Origin: Nitrosopumilales archaeon
Lineage (GTDB): Archaea > Thermoproteota > Nitrososphaeria > Nitrososphaerales > Nitrosopumilaceae
Direction of reading: 5' to 3'
Length of the DNA: 24,000 nt
Assembly: GCA_016838825.1 (NCBI GenBank)
Contig: JAEHKU010000009.1
Coordinates: 1 to 24,000 of the forward strand
A program made the position numbers and the translations under genes. The notes under the pieces are model-generated. The model searched no databases and was not told where the DNA came from. It saw only the letters and a program-made list of their open reading frames with translations. Below, piece by piece: positions 7,555-15,191 of this stretch (within the stretch, counting starts at the first letter, position 1; every line of letters starts with the position of its first letter).

Positions 7555-7839
7555 ATGGAACCAATAACAGGCGTTCTTTCTGTAATATCTTTTGCAAATA
7601 TGATCGTACTAGGTATACTTGTTGCTATTTTTGCAAAGATGTACAAAAAGACAAAAGCACAGCTACCGTTGGGCATGATAGTTTTTTCAGGACTGTTATT
7701 TTTACACAATACAATAGGTGCCTATGCTTATTTTTCGATGGAACAACTTTTCTCACCTGAAATTTTTCCATATCTGCTAGGAGTTCATATTGCAGAACTT
7801 GCTGGCATTTTGATATTCCTGAAGATAACATTGCAATAA
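7555..7839 (+). CDS. Small membrane protein (3 TM), unknown function
   Basis: 94 aa with three clear hydrophobic helices. It lies 26 nt after the wHTH gene and 2 nt before the next gene, so it is probably co-transcribed. Confidence 0.65.
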   Translation: MEPITGVLSVISFANMIVLGILVAIFAKMYKKTKAQLPLGMIVFSGLLFLHNTIGAYAYFSMEQLFSPEIFPYLLGVHIAELAGILIFLKITLQ

Positions 7840-7841
7840 CA

Positions 7842-8198
7842 TTGACAATTAGTGTATTTGTTGATGGTTCTGGAGGATCAAATTCTGGATATGGGTTTTT
7901 TGTCAAAGAAACAGGAGAATCACATTACAAAAAGGAACCAAACATTACAAACAATCAGGCAGAATATATGGCGATAATATCTGCACTTAAGAAATTTGAA
8001 GGAACAAATGACGAAATAATCATTTACAGTGATTCAAAAAATACAGTGTCTCAACTAAATCATGAGTATGCTATTAACAGTGAACAACTTAGATCTTTAG
8101 CAATGGAAGCATGGAGTATCATCAATAAATTTTCTAATCTAACGATAAAATGGATTCCAAGAAATGAAAATCTTGCTGGAAAAATGCTCGGAAGTTAG
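7842..8198 (+). CDS. Minimal RNase H-like (type 1) domain protein
   Basis: 118 aa. VFVDGSG (Asp1), NNQAEYMAIISAL (Glu) and IIIYSDSK (Asp2) occur in the RNase HI order. The C-terminal WIPRNENLAGKML stands where R-x2-N-x2-AD-x-LA is expected. The only available start is TTG at 7842, immediately after the upstream TAA. Confidence 0.7.
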   Translation: MTISVFVDGSGGSNSGYGFFVKETGESHYKKEPNITNNQAEYMAIISALKKFEGTNDEIIIYSDSKNTVSQLNHEYAINSEQLRSLAMEAWSIINKFSNLTIKWIPRNENLAGKMLGS

Positions 8199-8283
8199 AA
8201 CATAATTTCTAAGATGTTTTAATTTCACCAGCAAAGCAAGGATAAACTTATTACAGAAAAACATTTGATCACAATTTGTCACA

Positions 8284-10380
8284 ATGTCTGACTCAGTTTT
8301 TCTATCTCCAAAATCCATAGCAGTAATTGGCGCATCTGACAAAACAGGTAGTGTTGGGCGTGCCATTACATCAAATATTATGAAAGGTTTCAAAGGTACA
8401 GTTTTTCCAATTAGTCCTTCACGACCAACTGTCTTCGATAAAAAAGCATACAAGAGTGTTTTGGATGTTCCTGAACCAATTGATTTGGGGGTAATCATCA
8501 CAAAAAATACTATCGTTCCTCAAGTAATGGAAGAGTGTGGTAAGAAAAAAATCAAGGGAGTAATTGTAATCACTGCTGGATTCAAGGAAGTCGATGAAGA
8601 AGGAAAAAAACTAGAACAAAAACTAAAGGATATTTCAAAAAAATACGATCTCAAAATAATAGGACCTAATTGTCTTGGGGTGATGAATCTTGATCCCCAG
8701 ACAATGATGAATGCTACATTCCTCAAAATTACTCCAAAGTCTGGGCAAATAGCTTTAGTTTCCCAAAGCGGTGCAATATGTGCTGCTCTAGTTGAAGATG
8801 CAAGTGCTCAGGGAATTGGTTTTTCTGCAGTAGTTAGTATGGGAAACAAAGCAGATCAGAATGAAATTGACGTACTTGAGATGCTTGCAGATCACGACCA
8901 GACCAAAGTTATTGTCATGTATCTTGAGGATATGGGGAATGGACAAAGGTTTCTTGAAATTTGTAAGGACATCACTCGAAACAAACGAAAACCGATTTTA
9001 GTATTAAAATCAGGACGAAGCCCGGAAGGTGCAAAGGCTGCAATGTCTCATACTGGAGCATTAATGGGCTCTGACGAAATCTACGAAGCTCTACTAAAAC
9101 AATCAGGCGCCATACGGGTTGATACAATGGAAGAACTTTTCGATTATGCAACAGCATTTTCAAAACAACCACTTCCACTCCAAGGTGATTTAGTAATTGT
9201 TTCTAACGCAGGAGGTCCTGCAATAATTTCAACTGATGCATGCTCTAGAGATGGAATCAAAATGGCAAAAATCGAAGACATCAGACCAAAGATAGATGCA
9301 GTTATACCTCCATGGGGAAGCTCGAGAAACCCTGTTGACATTGTTGGAGATGCAGATTTTAACAGATTTAACAATGTTCTTGAGAATGTTTTGACTCACA
9401 AAAATGTCGGCTCTGTAATCACCATGTGTACTCCTTCTGCCACTCTTGATTATGACAAACTTGCAGAGGTGATTGTTAACATGTCTAAAAAACACAAAAA
9501 GACAATGCTTGCTAGTTTGATGGGTCTTGATGAAGGAGTAAGGAATAAAGAAATTATGGCCGAAGGTGGCATCCCTTTCTATACATATGCAGAGGGAGCA
9601 ATTCGAACGCTTAAAGCGATGTTGAAATTTGTTGATTGGATTAACACTCCAGACGGAAAAATATCTAATTTTGAGGTGGACAAGAACAGGGCCCAGAAAA
9701 TTTTGGATGATGTAAGAAATGAAGGAAGAACAGCTCTACTTGAAGAGGAAGGCCAACAAATTTTGCGGAGCTATGGATTCCCACTTCCAAAAAGCATATT
9801 GGCAAAAACAGAAGAAGATGCTATCAATGCAGCAAAGGAAATTGGTTATCCTGTTGTAATGAAGATCGCCTCTCCACAAATAATTCACAAGTCAGATGCA
9901 GGAGGTGTAAAAGTTGGGTTGTCAAATGACAAAGAGCTACAAAGTGCATTTAATGAGATTATAAAAAACGCAAAGGAATACGACAAAAATGCCGTTATCA
10001 AAGGAGTTCTGATTGTAGAGATGGTTAAAGGTGGAAAGGAGATGATCATTGGCTCTAAGCTAGAACCAGGGTTTGGTCCAGTCATAATGCTTGGTATGGG
10101 AGGAATCTATGTTGAGATTCTAAAAGATGTAACATTCAGATTAGCACCAGTAACGGAGCTGGAAGCAAATGATATGATCTCTTCAATTAAGACTCAAAAA
10201 TTATTGACGGGAGTAAGAGGTGAAAAACCGTCTGATCTCAAAAATTTATCTGAATGTATTCAACGACTTTCTCAGCTTGTCACGGATTTCAAAGAAATCA
10301 AAGAACTTGATATGAACCCTGTGTTGGTTATGGAAGAAGGAAAAGGATGTAAAATCCTTGATGTAAGAATCGGTCTATGA
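8284..10380 (+). CDS. ADP-forming acyl-CoA synthetase, fused alpha-beta (probable 4-hydroxybutyrate-CoA ligase of the HP/HB cycle)
   Basis: CoA-binding N-terminus (SIAVIGASDKTGSVG), a succinyl-CoA-synthetase-like domain with the phosphohistidine motif MSHTGALMGSD, and a C-terminal ATP-grasp (VVMKIASPQIIHKSDAGGVKVGL). It sits directly upstream of 4-hydroxybutyryl-CoA dehydratase, as in N. maritimus. Confidence 0.9.
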   Translation: MSDSVFLSPKSIAVIGASDKTGSVGRAITSNIMKGFKGTVFPISPSRPTVFDKKAYKSVLDVPEPIDLGVIITKNTIVPQVMEECGKKKIKGVIVITAGFKEVDEEGKKLEQKLKDISKKYDLKIIGPNCLGVMNLDPQTMMNATFLKITPKSGQIALVSQSGAICAALVEDASAQGIGFSAVVSMGNKADQNEIDVLEMLADHDQTKVIVMYLEDMGNGQRFLEICKDITRNKRKPILVLKSGRSPEGAKAAMSHTGALMGSDEIYEALLKQSGAIRVDTMEELFDYATAFSKQPLPLQGDLVIVSNAGGPAIISTDACSRDGIKMAKIEDIRPKIDAVIPPWGSSRNPVDIVGDADFNRFNNVLENVLTHKNVGSVITMCTPSATLDYDKLAEVIVNMSKKHKKTMLASLMGLDEGVRNKEIMAEGGIPFYTYAEGAIRTLKAMLKFVDWINTPDGKISNFEVDKNRAQKILDDVRNEGRTALLEEEGQQILRSYGFPLPKSILAKTEEDAINAAKEIGYPVVMKIASPQIIHKSDAGGVKVGLSNDKELQSAFNEIIKNAKEYDKNAVIKGVLIVEMVKGGKEMIIGSKLEPGFGPVIMLGMGGIYVEILKDVTFRLAPVTELEANDMISSIKTQKLLTGVRGEKPSDLKNLSECIQRLSQLVTDFKEIKELDMNPVLVMEEGKGCKILDVRIGL

Positions 10381-10440
10381 CTAGGTATCAATGCTTGAAA
10401 TTGTTTTAGAATATTTATACAACCATGAGGAATGGTGATT

Positions 10441-11955
10441 ATGCCAATTAGGACGGGTGAGGATTACATCGAGAGTCTTAGAGGTAGGAATCTGAAGATA
10501 TATCTTTTTGGTGAACTTGTCAAAGAACCTGTAGATCATCCTCTAATTCGACCCTCTATTAACGCTGTAGCTGAAACATATGATCTCGCAGTCAGGGAAC
10601 AAGATCTTGCAACTGTTGAATCTTCTATAAGCGGGCAAAGAGTCAATAGATTTTTGCATATTGTACAAAGTGCTGAGGATTTAGTGCTACAAAATAAAAT
10701 GCAGAGAAAACTTGGACAAAATACTGGTACATGTTTTCAACGCTGCGTAGGAATGGATGCGTTAAATTCACTTCATTCGGTTACTTATGAGATGGATGAA
10801 AAATACAAGACAAATTATCACAAGAGACTTTTAGACTTTATCAAAATGGCTCAAACTGAAAATCTGATAATTGGTGGTGCAATGACTGATCCGAAAGGAG
10901 ATCGAAGTAAAGGCCCTCACGAGCAAGAAGATCCTGACATGTTTGTACATGTAGTAGAAAAAAATGATAAAGGAATTATCATAAACGGTGCCAAAGCACA
11001 CCAAACAGGTTGTATTAACTCACATTGGATTATTGTAATGCCTACAATGAGACTAGCAGAAGCTGATGCAGAGTTTGCAGTGGTTGGAGCAGTTCCAGCT
11101 GATGCGCCTGGAATTACATACATCTATGGACGCCAGTCCTGTGATACTAGAAGTATGGAAGAAGGCGATCTTGATTCTGGAAATGCAAAATATTCAGGGC
11201 AAGAAGCTATGATGATTTTTGATCATGTGTTCATTCCATGGGAAAAAGTGTTTATGAACGGAGAATACGAATTTGCTGCTATGTTAGTAGAGAGGTTTAC
11301 GTGTTATCACAGAAGAAGTTACGTTTGTAAAACAGGTCTTGGTGATGTTTTAATCGGTGCAGCGGCAACAATTGCTGATTACAATGGCGTACCAAATGTG
11401 TCTCACATCAAAGATAAACTAGTAGAAATGACTCACCTTAACGAATCAATTTATGCTGCAGGAATTGCATCTTCATATCAATCGCGTCCATTGAAGTCTG
11501 GTGTATGGCTTAACGATGACATGTTAGCAAATGTCTGCAAACACAACGTGACAAGATTTCCATATGAATTGGGAAGAATGGCTCAAGATATTGCTGGAGG
11601 ATTGTTAGTAACTCTTCCTTCTGAGAAAGACTTTAGGAATCCAGAAACAGGTCCTTTACTGAAAAAGTATCTACGTGGAAGAAAAGGTGTAGATGTTGAA
11701 AACAGAATGAAGATTTTACGACTAATAGAAAACATGACGATGGGAAGAAATGCTGTGGGATATCTTACTGAATCAATGCACGGAGCAGGTTCTCCTCAGG
11801 CTCAAAGAATTCAGATCGCAAGACAGATGCAGCTTGGATACAAAAGTAAGCTGGCAAAGAACTTGGCTAACATAAAAGACGATGAGGAAGGAAGACCAGA
11901 ACATTCTGAATACTTTGAACGCGTTTTCAAGATAGGCGGCTACGAAAATAACTAA
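10441..11955 (+). CDS. abfD: 4-hydroxybutyryl-CoA dehydratase (AbfD family)
   Basis: About 505 aa. N-terminus MPIRTGEDYIESLRGR, Fe-S Cys pair GTCFQRCVGMDA, and FTCYHRRSYVCKTG, typical of the 4-hydroxyphenylacetate-hydroxylase-like AbfD fold. The track starts at ATG 10432. I prefer ATG 10441 because GAGG (10427-10430) then sits 10 nt upstream. Either start is possible. Confidence 0.9.
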   Translation: MPIRTGEDYIESLRGRNLKIYLFGELVKEPVDHPLIRPSINAVAETYDLAVREQDLATVESSISGQRVNRFLHIVQSAEDLVLQNKMQRKLGQNTGTCFQRCVGMDALNSLHSVTYEMDEKYKTNYHKRLLDFIKMAQTENLIIGGAMTDPKGDRSKGPHEQEDPDMFVHVVEKNDKGIIINGAKAHQTGCINSHWIIVMPTMRLAEADAEFAVVGAVPADAPGITYIYGRQSCDTRSMEEGDLDSGNAKYSGQEAMMIFDHVFIPWEKVFMNGEYEFAAMLVERFTCYHRRSYVCKTGLGDVLIGAAATIADYNGVPNVSHIKDKLVEMTHLNESIYAAGIASSYQSRPLKSGVWLNDDMLANVCKHNVTRFPYELGRMAQDIAGGLLVTLPSEKDFRNPETGPLLKKYLRGRKGVDVENRMKILRLIENMTMGRNAVGYLTESMHGAGSPQAQRIQIARQMQLGYKSKLAKNLANIKDDEEGRPEHSEYFERVFKIGGYENN

Positions 11956-11985
11956 TTTCTCAAAATAAGAAATCTAGAGATCTTT

Positions 11986-12681
11986 CTACTTAGTATCCTT
12001 TGAATCTGAATTATTCTCGGACTCGTTACTCTTTGAATCCAAATCACTCTTGGGTTCATCATTTTTGGTGTACTCACTATCTTTAAGTGAACTAAATTCA
12101 TCTGATTTGAAGAGATTTTCCTTACTCTCACTTTGTTCTTCATCTGTGTTGTCACCAAACGAAATAGCACCTAATCTTTTTTTCCTATTTTTATTTACCT
12201 GAGTAAAGATCATAACCCCAATAATTACTGCAATTATGATATAGTTCATTGGTGGAGATAAAATTCTTGTAACATATCCAATTTGTGGGATAACATAAAC
12301 TACTTTTCCAATATACTCTTCTTCTGTAACGGGAAAATCTGTTCCTGGAATTGAAGCTGGATTTGAATCTCCCTTCGTTTTTAGGGTACGAGGATCTTCA
12401 TCAAGAATATCAATAACTCGATGTACTATCACTCTATCATGATCTGACGGTCTATTGAAAACAATGATTTCTCCTTTTTCAATACCATCAAACTGTTCGT
12501 TGCCTTGCACTATAAGAACATCAAAAACTTCGAGTTCTGGTTCCATACTACCGCTTGAAACAACATAAAAAGGATTTTCTGTTCCGAACGCAACCCTAAG
12601 GCCTGACCAAATTAAGATAACACCAATTACAACAATTAGAATATCTTTTCCAATTCCAGAAAAAAGCAAACTTCTTTTCAA
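11986..12681 (-). CDS. Signal peptidase I, archaeal/eukaryal (Sec11/S26B) type, with acidic C-terminal tail
   Basis: N-terminal TM, catalytic-Ser box VVSSGSMEPEL, VHRVI (His box), KGDSN, and a second TM near the C-terminus. A roughly 60-aa D/E/S/K-rich tail follows. The start codon is TTG (12681), and there is no in-frame ATG before the catalytic box. Confidence 0.8.
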   Translation of the reverse strand: MKRSLLFSGIGKDILIVVIGVILIWSGLRVAFGTENPFYVVSSGSMEPELEVFDVLIVQGNEQFDGIEKGEIIVFNRPSDHDRVIVHRVIDILDEDPRTLKTKGDSNPASIPGTDFPVTEEEYIGKVVYVIPQIGYVTRILSPPMNYIIIAVIIGVMIFTQVNKNRKKRLGAISFGDNTDEEQSESKENLFKSDEFSSLKDSEYTKNDEPKSDLDSKSNESENNSDSKDTK

Positions 12682-12734
12682 ATTATCGTCAGTCTTTAGT
12701 ATTAGTTAGATAAATCTTGCCTAGAGGCTACATT

Positions 12735-13496
12735 CTAGAGTTTTCCGCCACAGCTTTCACAAAACTTGGAATCTGATTTATTTTCAAAACCACAGCTGTC
12801 GCACTTTGAACCAGTCGTCTGCGACAGCGTTTCTCCTAAGAGAACTATTTCTCCTATTTTCTTTACTTGATTCCATCTTATTGTTGTATCAGTACCATCA
12901 ATTTTTGTAACTATGGCTACTAATTGGCCCGACTTTGCTCCAACAGACTTTATCGTACCAACCTTTTGTGCTTCAGAATCATAGACTGCAAAACCAACTA
13001 TTGTACTAAAGTCGGTGTCTGGGGTTGTTGGTTCAGCTGGAGTGCTAGGCGTCATGTCAGGAAAAGTCAATTCTGTTTGGGATTGTGCAGGTGACTCTGG
13101 TTCTTGGCTCATGGAAGATTGTACTATTTGCTCTGCCATTGTTTCTGGTTTTGCCAAGCCTACTTGATTAGCTTCATCTTGCTTCTGGAAGTTTCTATAT
13201 TCTGCAATCACAGAACTACAAGATGTACAGATATACTGACCTTTCTCTAAAAGAATCAAGTTTTCAGCTACCACTTCATTTAGGGTTTCATAGTCAATTT
13301 TAGGAGCACCTTCAAAGTCTTTATCACAAGTGTTGCAATGATATTTTGAAATCTTATCTGACTCTAGTCTACCCATTGGTGCCAAAAAAAGATCTGGCCC
13401 ACCTAGATTTCCTTTACTTTGTTGCTCATCCGTTACTGAAGCCATAACGTAGCCACCAGAACCACGTAACTTCTTTAGTTGTAAATCTGAACTCAT
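12735..13496 (-). CDS. Zinc-ribbon / PRC-barrel domain protein
   Basis: Internal CxxC...CxxC (CNTCDKDF...CTSCSS), a P/T/S/E-rich linker, and a PRC-barrel-like segment (IVGFAVYDSEAQKVGTIKSVGAKSGQLVAIVTKIDGTDTTIRWNQVKKIGEIVLLGE). The C-terminal double-CxxC ribbon is CDSCGFENKSDSKFCESCGGKL. Confidence 0.7.
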   Translation of the reverse strand: MSSDLQLKKLRGSGGYVMASVTDEQQSKGNLGGPDLFLAPMGRLESDKISKYHCNTCDKDFEGAPKIDYETLNEVVAENLILLEKGQYICTSCSSVIAEYRNFQKQDEANQVGLAKPETMAEQIVQSSMSQEPESPAQSQTELTFPDMTPSTPAEPTTPDTDFSTIVGFAVYDSEAQKVGTIKSVGAKSGQLVAIVTKIDGTDTTIRWNQVKKIGEIVLLGETLSQTTGSKCDSCGFENKSDSKFCESCGGKL

Positions 13497-13642
13497 ATTC
13501 TACATCTAAGGCAAAGCTAATTTAAGTATGTATCAGAAGTTTTTCAAAATTATATCAAAACATTGCGTAGGCTATAGTTCAAGACCGTTCTCAATTATAG
13601 TGAACATATTTAGATACCTTAGGATGAATCCACTTGTTAATA

Positions 13643-13975
13643 ATGGGAAACACAAAACCTGTGGACATAAAAAGTTGGCAAACTGAAGTAATAGAATCTC
13701 AATTGCCTGTGTTTGTAGACTTTTGGGCTGAATGGTGTGGTCCATGTAGAATGGTTTCACCAGTGGTAGACGAGCTTGCAAATGATTACCAAGGCAAAGT
13801 GAACTTTGTCAAGGTAAATGTAGATCAGGCAAACGAACTTGCATCGAAATACAACATCTTCAGCATTCCTACACTAGCTATCTTCAATAAAGGAAAAATT
13901 GTTGCTCAGCAGGTTGGGGCAGCATCAAAAGAATCTTACAAAAATATGATTGAGAAGGCACTTGCACAAGTCTAG
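13643..13975 (+). CDS. trxA: Thioredoxin
   Basis: WAEWCGPCRM active site and the FSIPTLAIF cis-Pro loop, about 110 aa. The track starts at TTG 13634; the in-frame ATG at 13643 is preferred. Confidence 0.95.
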   Translation: MGNTKPVDIKSWQTEVIESQLPVFVDFWAEWCGPCRMVSPVVDELANDYQGKVNFVKVNVDQANELASKYNIFSIPTLAIFNKGKIVAQQVGAASKESYKNMIEKALAQV

Positions 13976-13991
13976 AGATATGAGCAAGAGC

Positions 13992-14005
13992 TTTTCTATT
14001 TTTTT
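13992..14005 (+). terminator. Oligo-T tract downstream of trxA (candidate archaeal terminator)
   Basis: ttttctattttttt begins 17 nt after the trxA stop codon. Confidence 0.35.
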
Positions 14006-14042
14006 CTAAAGTAATTAATAATGGCCAGAGCAAATTAGGAAC

Positions 14043-14582
14043 GTGTCCTTAGGTGAGATAGATACTCTCGGGCTATTATATGAAAAATTGGAGAGTCTCT
14101 TTGAAGAATCACAAGGATACTATGAAACATTTCTAGACACTAACAATCTTTTCAAGAAAGGAAAATTAACTGAAAAAGAATTTTTTGAAAAACTTGGTGA
14201 TTATGTTGTTGCTTATTCTGCTTTAGAATTTCTAGCCATTAAAGTGATCTTTGAGCTAAAAAAGTCACTTGACAAGATAGCTGGTGGTTCTGCACCCGGA
14301 GGGACACACTCTCCTGGTTTAATGCCCGGCATGGGAAGTACGGCTGGTATGGCAGGGCGTGGAATGGGTACTATGGCACCAACGGCACAGCCGACTATAC
14401 CAGGACAACCACCTTCAATTGTTTCTGTAAAAGAAGCATTTAGTGAAGTTGGTGCAATTCCATCACCAGATCTTTCGTTGATGTCAAAATCAACAGCATC
14501 AAGTCAGAAATGCAGCGCTTGTGGGTCTTCCATAGGATCTAACGCAAAATTCTGCACAAAATGTGGTAATAAGTTACAATAA
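14043..14582 (+). CDS. Zinc-ribbon-tailed protein with helical N-domain and Met/Gly/Pro-rich linker
   Basis: GTG start. The C-terminal tail is CSACGSSIGSNAKFCTKCGNKL. The linker is GGSAPGGTHSPGLMPGMGSTAGMAGRGMGTMAPTAQPTIPGQPP. Confidence 0.7.
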   Translation: MSLGEIDTLGLLYEKLESLFEESQGYYETFLDTNNLFKKGKLTEKEFFEKLGDYVVAYSALEFLAIKVIFELKKSLDKIAGGSAPGGTHSPGLMPGMGSTAGMAGRGMGTMAPTAQPTIPGQPPSIVSVKEAFSEVGAIPSPDLSLMSKSTASSQKCSACGSSIGSNAKFCTKCGNKLQ

Positions 14583-14635
14583 GTCACAACTTTCTTTGTA
14601 CTATCTGAACTAAGCGATACGTAATCTTGGTAAAT

Positions 14636-15001
14636 CTAATTTTGTTGCGTTGTACCACACTCGGTACAAAATCTTGCATTTGCTGAAAGCTTACTTCCAC
14701 ATTCGTGACAAAATTTAGAATTTGACCCCACGTCTGTTTTTACATTTCCATAAGTCCCACTTTGCCTTATAGCACCAGTCGGGACAAATGTCTCATCATC
14801 AATAACTTCTACCGGTTCAAAGTCTTTTTCTTCGATGTATGTCAGAAGTCTAGGAATTTTTCTCTCCTTATTTTTGGGATCTAGAACTATATCTCCTAAC
14901 CAAAATGCAAACCGCATGAGAGTTAGTTCTGGAGTGGAAAAGGCCAGAGTATGGGTTGACATGTAGTCAGTTGCTGCTGCTTTTCCACCAAAGATCTCCA
15001 T
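14636..15001 (-). CDS. Zinc-ribbon-tailed protein, unknown N-domain
   Basis: 121 aa with an ATG start. The C-terminal tail is FCHECGSKLSANARFCTECGTT. A TATA-like ACATATACA lies about 20-30 nt upstream of the ATG on the minus strand. Confidence 0.7.
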   Translation of the reverse strand: MEIFGGKAAATDYMSTHTLAFSTPELTLMRFAFWLGDIVLDPKNKERKIPRLLTYIEEKDFEPVEVIDDETFVPTGAIRQSGTYGNVKTDVGSNSKFCHECGSKLSANARFCTECGTTQQN

Positions 15002-15044
15002 AATACGTGTTCATGTACAAAACCTGTATATGTCTTCTCAGAAG

Positions 15045-15117
15045 TGGACCGAGGGGGAATTGAACCCCCGACATCCGCGTTGCGAACGCGGCATCACTAC
15101 CACTAGACTACCGGCCC
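15045..15117 (-). tRNA. tRNA-Ala (anticodon CGC)
   Basis: The reverse complement folds as a cloverleaf. The acceptor is GGGCCGG/UCGGUCC with the G3:U70 Ala identity pair. The anticodon stem is CCGCG/CGCGG with loop UUCGCAA. The T-arm is GGGGG-UUCAAUU-CCCCC and the discriminator is A. It is 73 nt, with no intron and no encoded CCA. Confidence 0.9.
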
Positions 15118-15191
15118 TTCTGATACCAATTTACTATCTGTTATTATTCATTTACTCAAAAAATAATAGCAGGATTAAATGAAAAAACACG

